Both the position numbers and the translations under genes were made by a program. Shown in pieces: positions 11,478 to 20,057 of a DNA stretch of 64,000 nt (its first letter is position 1; every line of letters starts with the position of its first letter). A model generated the notes under the pieces. It was not told where the DNA came from and did not search any database. It worked only from the letters and a program-made list of their open reading frames with translations. Location: the NCBI GenBank assembly GCA_965237955.1, contig OZ250169.1:7328001-7392000 (forward strand), in the 5' to 3' direction. This DNA comes from Candidatus Marinacidobacterales bacterium. GTDB taxonomy: Bacteria > Acidobacteriota > Vicinamibacteria > Marinacidobacterales > SMYC01.

Positions 11478-12698
11478 TCAGTGGATCCTCTCGAGGGTGA
11501 GACCGCCACAGTTTAGGTAGACGAGACTGATGAGAGCTTCGGCAGAGTGGAGTCCAAAGCTGCGGTGGCTCAGCAGCCGGATTTTGTTGTTCATTCCTTC
11601 GAGTCGGCCGTTGCTGAGTCTCCACGTGACCCACGCGATGACGCCATCGAAGTGGCTGCGGATCATCTTCGCCGCGCGTTTGACGGGCTCTATCCTCGAG
11701 CTCATAGCGCGCCGCAGCCATCCTCGGAGAAACTTCTTGGCCCATGTCTCGGTTTTGTAGGTGTAGAGGTCCATGAAGTCGTCGCGCAGAAGCATGGCGC
11801 GGTAGAGGCGACGATTAGCTCGCACCTGCTCGCGGAGCACCCGTTTGTCTTTCGCGCTGCGGTTGTGTTTGGCCTTGAGAAGGGGAAACTTGGTGTTCTT
11901 GAGGTTGCGCCGGGCAGTCCCTTTGAGCTCGCGCACCAGCTCGCGCCGGGTCTTATCCACGGCCTCGTTCAGATGCTTGACGATGTGGAAGCGGTCAAAG
12001 ATCACCCGTGCCTGAGGAGCCTTTTTGCCGACGACAGTTATGTACGGCTCCCACATGTCCATGCTGACCGCTTCGAGCTCCGCGGCTCTTTGTGGTCCGA
12101 GCTTGCGGAAAAACCGCAGCAGCGTCTTGGCCTTGCGCTCCTTTCCCGCCCAGACGACCCGGCCGCTGAGATGGTCTATTACCACTGTTAAGTACTTGTG
12201 GCGTTTGCGGTAGCTGATCTCGTCCATCCCAATCACCCGCAATCCATCGAGCTCGCGCCGCTCATCCCGCTGCTCGGCAACCACTCGCTGGATGATCCGT
12301 CGCACCGAACGCCACGTCACTCGGAAATAGTTCGCTACGGCGCTGACGTCCGTCCTCTGTGCCAGCCACGCTACCTCTTGTTCGAAGCTTTTGGTAAAGC
12401 GGCTTCCCTTGTCGGCCCAAGGCACCTTTTCTCTGACCACTCCACACCGCCGACATACCACTCGTCGGATCGAGTAGCGAAGATAGGTCCGGACTCCGAA
12501 CAGGTCCAAGTGCCGCCAGTAGCGATTGTAGCGATCTTTGTTCTTGCGGACCTTTCGTCCGCAAATCCCGCACAGAGGCTTCCTCCTCCGTGGTACTACA
12601 TCCACCACCACTCTGGCTTTGTCCGCCTGGAAGTGGAAACCTCGGACCCACAGGCCTTGCAATCCGATGAGCTTGTTGACTAACGTAGTAACGCGCAT
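11478..12698 (-). CDS. ISL3 transposase
   Basis: Zn finger CGIC...CRRC, GMDEISYRK, SMDMWEPY, DRFHIVK, SNGRLEGMNNKI. Confidence 0.95.
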   Translation of the reverse strand: MRVTTLVNKLIGLQGLWVRGFHFQADKARVVVDVVPRRRKPLCGICGRKVRKNKDRYNRYWRHLDLFGVRTYLRYSIRRVVCRRCGVVREKVPWADKGSRFTKSFEQEVAWLAQRTDVSAVANYFRVTWRSVRRIIQRVVAEQRDERRELDGLRVIGMDEISYRKRHKYLTVVIDHLSGRVVWAGKERKAKTLLRFFRKLGPQRAAELEAVSMDMWEPYITVVGKKAPQARVIFDRFHIVKHLNEAVDKTRRELVRELKGTARRNLKNTKFPLLKAKHNRSAKDKRVLREQVRANRRLYRAMLLRDDFMDLYTYKTETWAKKFLRGWLRRAMSSRIEPVKRAAKMIRSHFDGVIAWVTWRLSNGRLEGMNNKIRLLSHRSFGLHSAEALISLVYLNCGGLTLERIH

Positions 12699-12823
12699 CG
12701 CGGGAACGCTCTTTTCTCTTTCGGAAAAAAAGATTCTAGCGTTCTCGCCGATGCGCATCTACACATGGCTTACCCTCTCAACCCACGGGCCTCACCAAAT
12801 GCCACTGCCCCTCAGCGGGAGAC

Positions 12824-13136
12824 GAGGCTGTGGGAAACGCCCCCACGGTTCTGGTCGTTCAGACCTTGCTCACGACTGAGTTCTCTTCGAAGCCTGGAAG
12901 GGCGTTTTCCATAGCCTCCACTAATCGAGCCCCCCCTTCCTTATTCCATATGAATTAATCTTTCTTGTATATATATCAGGAGGGGCCTGTGGGCGCTCGT
13001 GGGAAACGCGAAGCGTTTTCCAAGCGATTGTGGAAAACGCCGCTCCACGTTTGTACGTGCTCACAACCTTTCCCTAAACGCCTCTCTCGCCCGGAGTTTC
13101 CGGCGTTTTCCACAATCGCGGCAGCGTCCATAGGCC
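12824..13136 (+). ncRNA. Putative structured RNA or ssDNA element in the ISL3 non-coding end
   Basis: 19-bp stem 12824-12842/12900-12918 and a three-way junction 12984-13136; all five stem mismatches are G-U pairs on the + strand. Confidence 0.5.
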
Positions 13137-13268
13137 ATGCCCTCCAACACAAATCAGATCCCCCGAAACGACAGGAGAACCAATCTTTTAAACCCCGCCT
13201 AGGGGGGCTTTCCCCCATTCGGCCCCCATCCGGCAATTCAAGTCGTTCATTCCATACGACTTTTTTCC

Positions 13269-13284
13269 TGGCAGTTTTCTTGCA
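13269..13284 (+). promoter_or_regulatory. Putative sigma54 (-24/-12) promoter of fliA
   Basis: TGGCAGTTTTCTTGCA, with GG-N10-GC spacing, 33 nt before the ATG. Confidence 0.7.
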
Positions 13285-13317
13285 TTTGCGAGAGCAACCA
13301 TCTTTTCGGAAAACGGA

Positions 13318-14043
13318 ATGAACTCGCAAGAGGAAGCTCTGGTCAGGGATTGCCTGCCGCTCGTACGCCGGGTAGCGCTCCACGTCGCGAGCCGACTGCC
13401 TTCCCAGGTAGAGCTGTCCGATTTGATCCAGGCGGGTTTCCTCGGCCTTCTCGATGCGGCTCAAAAATTCGACGCCGACAAGGGTGTTCGTTTTTGGACT
13501 TATGCGGAGCTTCGCATCAAAGGCTCGATCCTCGATAGTCTCCGCGCTCTCGACTGGCTGCCACGTTCCGTGCGTCGTCGCCGCCGCGAGCTCGACGCGG
13601 CATCCGCGCGGCTCGAATCGTGTCTCGGCCGCACGCCGAGCGAAGACGAGCTGGCGACAGAGCTCGCGCTGACGACGGACCGGTTTCGAAAGGTGGTCGA
13701 CGAAGTCCGCGGTGCGGAAGCGAGTGCGGAGTTGGTCGAAGGGCTCGACGGCATCGACGTATTCGTGCGCGATCCGAAGGCAAAGGACCCGCACGATCTT
13801 CTCGAGCGACGAGAGCTCGTCACGCTCCTCGCGCGGGGTATCGAAGGTCTTTCGGAGCGAGAACGCCTCGTGATTGCTCTTTATTACCACGAAGAGCTCA
13901 CCATGAAAGAAGTGGGTCACGTTCTCGGCGTGAACGAGTCACGCGTGTCTCAGATTCACAGCAAAGCAGTCCAGACGCTCCGAACACGACTCGCCCGACA
14001 CCTGCGCCCGCGGCTCACCCCCACCCTCGCCCGCACCGCCTAG
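13318..14043 (+). CDS. fliA: FliA/WhiG-family sigma factor (sigma28)
   Basis: SRLPSQVELSDLIQAG, TYAELRIKGSILDSLRALDWLPRSVR, LYYHEELTMKEVG, ESRVSQIHSKA. Confidence 0.92.
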   Translation: MNSQEEALVRDCLPLVRRVALHVASRLPSQVELSDLIQAGFLGLLDAAQKFDADKGVRFWTYAELRIKGSILDSLRALDWLPRSVRRRRRELDAASARLESCLGRTPSEDELATELALTTDRFRKVVDEVRGAEASAELVEGLDGIDVFVRDPKAKDPHDLLERRELVTLLARGIEGLSERERLVIALYYHEELTMKEVGHVLGVNESRVSQIHSKAVQTLRTRLARHLRPRLTPTLARTA

Positions 14044-14081
14044 GTGCGCACAAACTCGTTCTCCGTCGAGGATAGAATCTC

Positions 14082-14209
14082 AACGCAAAGGCGCAGAGTC
14101 GCCAAGACGCAAAGTGGGCGTCGGCGCTGACTCGCGTCTTTCTATGCAGCGTCATCCTTGGCACCTCTTTCCCTAGTGACCCGTCTTTGCGACTTAGCGC
14201 CTTTGCGTT
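14082..14209. repeat. Inverted array of 8-bp NCGCAAAG units
   Basis: AACGCAAAGGCGCAGAGTCGCCAAGACGCAAAG ... CTTTGCGACTTAGCGCCTTTGCGTT. Confidence 0.75.
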
Positions 14210-14258
14210 AGTCTTTTTGCGTCGCCGCGCCGTGTTGCGATGATGTATTCTCTAAGGC

Positions 14259-14555
14259 ATGATTTGTCACGTCGTTCTCATTCGCCTCAAGGTCGAGGTT
14301 TCGCCCGCGGATACCGAGGCATTCATGGCCGAAGCAAGCAATATTCTCGCTCCGATACCCGGGGTGCGGAACTTCAAAGTCGGGAAAGGCCTCGGCGTCA
14401 AAGCCGAAGTGTCATACCCCATCGCGATGGTGATGGAGTTCGACGACGACGCTGCTCTGGAAGCGTACCAGGTTCACTCCGAGCACCAGCGTTTCGTGAA
14501 CGAGGTCGTCGGGCCGATTCACGACGACAAACGTGTGTACGACTATCGCTTTTGA
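14259..14555 (+). CDS. Dabb-family (stress-responsive alpha/beta barrel) protein
   Basis: MICHVVLIRLK, IPGV, MEFDDDAALEAYQVHSEH; 98 aa. Confidence 0.85.
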   Translation: MICHVVLIRLKVEVSPADTEAFMAEASNILAPIPGVRNFKVGKGLGVKAEVSYPIAMVMEFDDDAALEAYQVHSEHQRFVNEVVGPIHDDKRVYDYRF

Positions 14556-14728
14556 TGCGATAGCTCGCGGCACTCCTCGAAACCGAAGCGTCGCAGAATG
14601 CTCTTGGCGACGGTCTCGGCCGGCACCCAGTAAAGACCCGCGCGGACCGCTTCCCTGAGTTGGCCCAATCTCATCCGTCGCTCACGCGACGGATCTTCGA
14701 GGGTCGGGATCTCGTAGGGTCGTCTCAT
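14543..14728 (-). CDS. flgM: Minimal FlgM-like anti-sigma28 factor
   Basis: RRMRLGQLREAVRAGLYWVPAETVAKSIL fits the FlgM C-terminal pattern; sigma28-like promoter upstream; fliA 500 bp away. Confidence 0.72.
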   Translation of the reverse strand: MRRPYEIPTLEDPSRERRMRLGQLREAVRAGLYWVPAETVAKSILRRFGFEECRELSHQKR

Positions 14729-14743
14729 GTGAGGCTCGCCGTT

Positions 14744-14770
14744 CTATCGGCAGGATCGCGGGCGACATTA
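14744..14770 (-). promoter_or_regulatory. Putative sigma28 promoter of the flgM-like gene
   Basis: Minus strand TAAT-N15-GCCGATAG versus consensus TAAA-N15-GCCGATAA. Confidence 0.72.
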
Positions 14771-14801
14771 ATAGGCGCGTCTCGGGCACGGGAGCGGGGC
14801 G

Positions 14802-16403
14802 TTACGGGTACAGCAGGAGATGCGCTTTGAGGGCCGGGTCAGCACCCTCTTCCACCATGGTGGTGAAGTGCCAACCGTATTTGTTGAGATAGCCGAGCGG
14901 CGACAGCTTCCGCTCCTGCATATCGAAACCGGGGAATAGCGCGGTGCGCGTGGCGAGGAACTGTTGGCGGACGGTGTCGTTTTTTCGTTTCACCGCACGG
15001 AACGCCTTCGTTTCTAGCTCTTTGAGGTGGTGCAGGAGCTTCCCGCGCGTCGACTTGATGGTGGGAACCAGCGATGCGTCGACAGCGCTCAAGTCGCGCT
15101 CGAGGGCCTTGGTGATGTCCTGAATGCAATTGCGGGCTCGCTTCAAGTCTTCGTCAAGTTGTGGCGGTGTCTGCCCGCGCACGATGTCGTTGAGCAAGGA
15201 TTCATCGTCGGAGCTCAGCTTCGCGAGCGGGACGTCGTAGCGATCGAGAAAACGCGCTTGCGGTCGCTCGATCACGGTGAAGCTCGCGCGCGATGCGATG
15301 AGAGGCATCGTCAAATCGAAGTGCTCGTACACGCCTTTGAGCTGAGCGAAATACGCAAGCTCGTTGGGTCCGGCGACGTAAGCGAGAGTCGGGAACAACG
15401 TGTCCTGGTAAATGGGACGAAGCAACACATTGGGGCTGAAATGCGACGGCTCGTCGCGAAGCCTACGCGCTAGCTCATCCTTGTTGCCGTTTTCGTTTTC
15501 GGAAATGGTAACGGGGCTCCGCAGGGGATCGGCATGAAACAAGTTCAAGTGGGACTCCGAAGGTGTCGCCTGGGCGTGGTAGCCGCGCTCGACGAGCTCG
15601 GCCGTGGTCTGTTGCACCAGCTTGCGGCTAACGGAGCCTTCTTCGAGCTCGCGTGCGAAGACGTCCACACCGAGAGCTTTGAGCTCGGGAAGCGAAGGAT
15701 CGACGATGACGAGACCGCTCCCTCGGGTCATTCGCAAAAGCCAGGCCCCGAACGCTTCCGCCATCGTGCGTCCCGCCGCGTAGCTCTCTCCGAGAGTCGA
15801 CAGCATGTCCTCTTTGAACTCAGTGTCGGGGAGCGACCGAGCCGCCTCGTCCAAAACCGTTCCGATCGCGGGCGTTAGCTTGCGTCCCCCGACGGGGAGC
15901 TTCTCACTCGCATCTTCCGTGTCGTAGCGTAGCTCGACGAGCTCGTTCGCCGCATCCAGAATCCACGTGCTCTGAACCTCGGCAAAATCGTGATCGTCGG
16001 TGTCCATCCAGAAAAGGGGAACGACTTTCGTTTGGAGCTCGGCCTCAGCCGCGCGTGCGAGCCGCACCGCTGTCAGCGCCTTGTAAAGCGTGTAGAGCGG
16101 ACCGCCGAAGAGTCCCACCTGCTGGCCGGTGATGACCGCGAGCGCGCCATCGCCCAAGACGTCGATGGAGAGAAGCGCGAGCTCGTCGGCGCCGAGCGCG
16201 GTGTTGAGTGCACGCAACGGCGTCGCAGCGCTCGTCGACGGCACTCGACCCGCGAGCGCGGTCGCCATCTTCCTCCACGCCGCCGGATCGAAAGGATCCC
16301 CGGTGAAGAAAGGTGACAAGGCGCCGAACCGATGGAGATAGTCCAGGAACAGGGGCTTGTAGGAAGGAAGCTTGCGGTAATCCAGTGATTCAGCTCGTGA
16401 CAT
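14802..16403 (-). CDS. bshC: Bacillithiol biosynthesis cysteine-adding enzyme
   Basis: VITGQQVGLFGGPLYTLYKA, FWMDTDDHDFAEV, SPNVLLRP, YVAGPNELAYFAQ, QER. Confidence 0.93.
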   Translation of the reverse strand: MSRAESLDYRKLPSYKPLFLDYLHRFGALSPFFTGDPFDPAAWRKMATALAGRVPSTSAATPLRALNTALGADELALLSIDVLGDGALAVITGQQVGLFGGPLYTLYKALTAVRLARAAEAELQTKVVPLFWMDTDDHDFAEVQSTWILDAANELVELRYDTEDASEKLPVGGRKLTPAIGTVLDEAARSLPDTEFKEDMLSTLGESYAAGRTMAEAFGAWLLRMTRGSGLVIVDPSLPELKALGVDVFARELEEGSVSRKLVQQTTAELVERGYHAQATPSESHLNLFHADPLRSPVTISENENGNKDELARRLRDEPSHFSPNVLLRPIYQDTLFPTLAYVAGPNELAYFAQLKGVYEHFDLTMPLIASRASFTVIERPQARFLDRYDVPLAKLSSDDESLLNDIVRGQTPPQLDEDLKRARNCIQDITKALERDLSAVDASLVPTIKSTRGKLLHHLKELETKAFRAVKRKNDTVRQQFLATRTALFPGFDMQERKLSPLGYLNKYGWHFTTMVEEGADPALKAHLLLYP

Positions 16404-16657
16404 GGGAGACTCGGACTCCGGACGGTACTCGAACTCGCCTATCATAGCGTTCCGGTTGCCGCCGGGCCAGCAGCGGTCGCGTTGACACCCCTTAAAGGGT
16501 TGTGTTAAAGTGACTTAACTGCATTGTGGGGAGATAGGCCCTGAATCGCAACGAGAAGTCTACCTCGCAACATTGATGGATAGCCAGATAGCCAGATAGC
16601 CAGATTGACCGTCGGCCCCGGGCGATAGTAAGTAGTCAGGATGGTCGGAGAACCCCG

Positions 16658-18109
16658 TTGAGCGAATCGAGAGGCGAGATCCCGAAGAAGATCGATCGCT
16701 ACGAGATCATTGAGGCCGTGGGCTACGGCGCGATGGGCGCCGTGTACAGGGCCTTCGATCCGCTCATCAAACGGCCGGTCGCGGTAAAAACGTTGCGGCT
16801 CGATGTGCCGCCTCAAAGCCCTGACTACAAGGCGTTTCTCGACAGATTCGCAACCGAAGCACGCACCGCGGGTCGGCTCTCGCATCCGAACATCATCACA
16901 CTGTACGACGTCGGGCACACCGAAGATCAAGTCCCATGGCTTGCGATGGAGTTCGTCGAAGGGCAGACGGTCGCGGAGCTACTCGAAGGCGAACGACTCC
17001 GTTCCGAGGTCGTCGTTAGTCTGGTGTCGCAGATCGCAGCCGCGATCGACTACGCGCACACCGAGGGTGTCATTCATCGCGACATCAAGCCGTCGAACGT
17101 GATCGTCTTCGGCGGCGAGAAAGTCAAAGTCACGGATTTCGGCATCGCCAAGCTCATGGGTGCGGACGCCACCCATTCCGGACTCATGATGGGAACACCG
17201 AGCTACATGTCGCCCGAGCAAGCCATGGGTGAGGAGCTAGACGGACGAACCGACATCTTTTCGCTCGGGGTCGTGGCCTTCGAGATGCTCAGCGGCCAAC
17301 AACCTTTTCCGGGAAACAACGTCACCTCGATTCTCTACAAACTGGTGCACTCCGATCCGGCGCATCCGGACGATCTCGAGGTCCTCGGTCTTCTCCCGGA
17401 CAAATGGCACCAGGTCTTTTCGAGAGTTCTCGCCAAAGATCCGATGGAGAGGTTTGCTACCGCAGCGGAGTTCGTCGAACAGCTCGAGCACTGCCTTGGA
17501 TCTTGGTTCGGGGCGCTTGAGGGGGAGACCGTCATCATCAAAGATCCCGCCGCGCTCATCGGCAACGAAACCGTGGCCTCCGACAAAACCGTGCTCGCAC
17601 CACCTGGCGACAAACTCAGCCCTGTTGAGAGTGGCGAGAGCGATGAGACGGTGGTGGTCCACCTCCGGCTGCGAGCGTTGATGCGGGTCGTGACGATCCG
17701 ATGCAAAGGAGCGACGACGACACTTGAGAGAGACGCGGTGCTCGACGACATTGCGGTAGAGAACCCCCCACTCGCCGCGGGAGAAGAGACGGTTTACGTT
17801 TCGCCCCCGGGGAGCGAAGCCGAGGAGACTCTGTACGCGGGAGAGGACGAAACCGTAAGCTCGCTCGATGCCGTCGACGAGACGTTACTCGACAAAAAAG
17901 CCGCTGCCGTCGCCACCGCTCGCCGACCACGCGTCGGTCAAAAGGAAAAACTGCTCCTCGGAGGCGGCGCCTTCGCCGTCCTTGTCGCGGTTATGGCGTT
18001 GTTTATCTTTGACGGCGGGGGGGCGGCGAAGACCGCGAGCCCCCTCCCCCCGTTCTTGTTGCCACACCGGAGCCGCCGCCGCGGTTGGTCGTCGATTCGG
18101 GGAGTTTGA
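16658..18109 (+). CDS. Hanks-type Ser/Thr kinase, N-terminal part of a frameshifted kinase-TM-PEGA-TonB fusion
   Basis: GYGAMGAVY, VAVK, HRDIKPSN, DFG, GTPSYMSPE. TM helix near the end; frame breaks at G7 tract 18017-18023. Confidence 0.9.
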   Translation: MSESRGEIPKKIDRYEIIEAVGYGAMGAVYRAFDPLIKRPVAVKTLRLDVPPQSPDYKAFLDRFATEARTAGRLSHPNIITLYDVGHTEDQVPWLAMEFVEGQTVAELLEGERLRSEVVVSLVSQIAAAIDYAHTEGVIHRDIKPSNVIVFGGEKVKVTDFGIAKLMGADATHSGLMMGTPSYMSPEQAMGEELDGRTDIFSLGVVAFEMLSGQQPFPGNNVTSILYKLVHSDPAHPDDLEVLGLLPDKWHQVFSRVLAKDPMERFATAAEFVEQLEHCLGSWFGALEGETVIIKDPAALIGNETVASDKTVLAPPGDKLSPVESGESDETVVVHLRLRALMRVVTIRCKGATTTLERDAVLDDIAVENPPLAAGEETVYVSPPGSEAEETLYAGEDETVSSLDAVDETLLDKKAAAVATARRPRVGQKEKLLLGGGAFAVLVAVMALFIFDGGGAAKTASPLPPFLLPHRSRRRGWSSIRGV

Positions 18110-18888
18110 TCGTTACCAGCGAGCCCGAAGGTGCGACCGTGATTGTGGACGGGCAAAAAGCCGGGGCGACTCCGATCGAGCTGCAGCTGCCGCTTTCGGT
18201 CCATGAGCTTGTCATCGAGCGCGAGGGCTTTTACCCGGAAGAGGCCACCGCCTCGTTGACCGCCGGCGCACCGAACCAAACGCTTTCGTTGGCTCTACGC
18301 CCAGAGCCTCCCAAGCCCGCGTTCGTGCGGATTCGTAGTGAACCGCCAGGAGCGCAAGTCGAGATCGATGGCAACGTTTTCGGAGCGACGCCGACCGATC
18401 CACTCCGTGTGAGTGCCGGCAACCGCACGGTACGGATCGTCCACGATGGTTTTCTTCCGTGGGAAGACACCATCCGCGCCCGATCGGGCCGAACCGTGGA
18501 TGTAGACGCCGTGCTGACCGAGAGGCATGCGTCGTCGGCGTCACCCGATGAGACTCGTCCCGTGCCAACCGTTCCCCAGGTCGAAATCGGCACGCTCGTC
18601 CGGCGAGGTGAGCCCGGCGTCGAGAACCCTGAATGCCTCGAATGCCCCACGGTCCGATACCCCGAATCGGCGCGCCGTGCACGTCTCGAGGGCGTCGTCG
18701 AGTTGAGCTTCATCATCGATGAGAACGGAGCCGTCTCCGATATCCAGGTTCGAGCGTCTGGCGGCGAAGTCTTCGACGAGGCGGTGACCGCTACCGTCAG
18801 TGCGTGGCGTTGGGCACCGGCCACCAAGTACGACGTTCCCGTCAAGATCCGATGGGTGCAACGATTCCGGTTCCGACAGGGCAGGTGA
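18024..18888 (+). CDS. Two PEGA domains plus TonB C-terminal domain (continuation of the kinase after the frameshift)
   Basis: VTSEPEGATVIVDG and IRSEPPGAQVEIDG (PEGA); YPESARRARLEGVVELSFIIDENG...WRWAPA (TonB_C). No clear independent start or signal peptide. Confidence 0.8.
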
Positions 18889-20057
18889 TCGTTTTGGCGA
18901 AACTCGTCATCAACCCGACATCGGCCTCCAAGAAGGAGATCCCGATTGCCTCGCGGGTTATTTCAATCGGTCGGGACCCGTCGAACGATCTAGTGCTCTC
19001 GGACTCGATGGTGTCGCGCCGCCACGCGATCCTCGAACAACGGGACGATATCTTCGTGCTCCGCGACAACAACAGCGCGAACGGGACCCTGGTCAATGGA
19101 GATAGAGTTGACGCGGAGAAAACGCTGCGCGATGGCGATCTGGTCGCCATTGGATCGTCGCGCCTTCTTTTTCAGCTCGACGATGGCGCGGCGGCGTCCG
19201 TGCCCGACTCCGCGCCGGGTGCGGCCGAACCCGCCCTCGACGGCCGTGTCGAGCTGAAAGATGCGGGCGCTTCGGCTTCGGCCCATGCAAAACCTGGGGC
19301 GGGCTCTAGCATCAACTGTTCGTCGTGCGGCAAGAAAGCCCTGACCACCGATCGCTTCTGCCGCGCGTGTGGAAACGAGCTCGAAAAGAAGACGAGCGTC
19401 TCGTGCACCGCGTGTGGCAAGACGGTACCGTTGCCCGCCGAGTTCTGTGGTCACTGCGGTTACGAGTTGCCGACGAAGTACCGTGGCGCCGCGTTTGCGA
19501 CGAAGCCTCAAAAGCGCTCCGAGCTTCTCGGCGAGAAGTCGGACGGTGACGCCAGAGCCGAAGAGTCACCGGTGGCTCCTCGTCGACCGCGACCGGGAAA
19601 GCCCGCGACCGCCGCTCGCAAAGAAGAGGAAGCCGCCGGGTTCGGTGTCCGTCTCGTCGCCGCACTCGTGGACAGCATGATTCTCGGCATTCCGCTTCTT
19701 GTGGCCACCCTGTTGTGGGGAACGTTCGCGCTCGACGGCGGCGACGGCGGGCCACGGTCCGTTCCCGAAGGAAGCCTGGCGGCGGTATCGATTGGTTTTC
19801 CGCTACTCTGCCTTGTGTACTACGTTTTCTTTTGGGGCGCGCGGGGGGCGACGCCCGGTAAGAGTCTGTTGGGTCTGTCGGTCCAAACGGACGAAGGCGA
19901 GACTCCCATTGGCTTTCAGCGTGCCGTTCTCAGGGTGGTAGGCTACTTGGTGAGCACTTTGATACTCGGGTTAGGGTTCGTCATGATAGCTTTTTCCGAC
20001 GACAAACGCGCACTCCACGATCGCATCGCGGGCACCCGCGTCATGAGGAACCTTTGA
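18885..20057 (+). CDS. FHA + double zinc ribbon + RDD membrane protein
   Basis: IGRD, VSRRHA, SANGTLVNG (FHA); four CxxC pairs; RLVAALVD...GATPGK...LHDRIAGT (RDD). GTGA overlap with the previous stop. Confidence 0.88.
   Translation: MIVLAKLVINPTSASKKEIPIASRVISIGRDPSNDLVLSDSMVSRRHAILEQRDDIFVLRDNNSANGTLVNGDRVDAEKTLRDGDLVAIGSSRLLFQLDDGAAASVPDSAPGAAEPALDGRVELKDAGASASAHAKPGAGSSINCSSCGKKALTTDRFCRACGNELEKKTSVSCTACGKTVPLPAEFCGHCGYELPTKYRGAAFATKPQKRSELLGEKSDGDARAEESPVAPRRPRPGKPATAARKEEEAAGFGVRLVAALVDSMILGIPLLVATLLWGTFALDGGDGGPRSVPEGSLAAVSIGFPLLCLVYYVFFWGARGATPGKSLLGLSVQTDEGETPIGFQRAVLRVVGYLVSTLILGLGFVMIAFSDDKRALHDRIAGTRVMRNL

Larger units (their letters stand above)
11463..13181 (-). mobile_element. 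ISL3-family insertion sequence, copy 1 (1719 bp)
   Basis: Imperfect 25-bp terminal IRs (GCCTCTCCTGCCATTTCAGTGGATC / GGTTCTCCTGTCGTTTCGGGGGATC). Flanks AAACTTTT / AATCTTTT match 7 of 8. Same length as copy 2. Confidence 0.95.

Noticed and set aside
17650-17715. Compensated double frameshift in the kinase linker
   Set aside because: An alternative frame (GPPPAASVDAGRDDP) looks more linker-like, but the main frame stays open and this cannot be tested without homologs.
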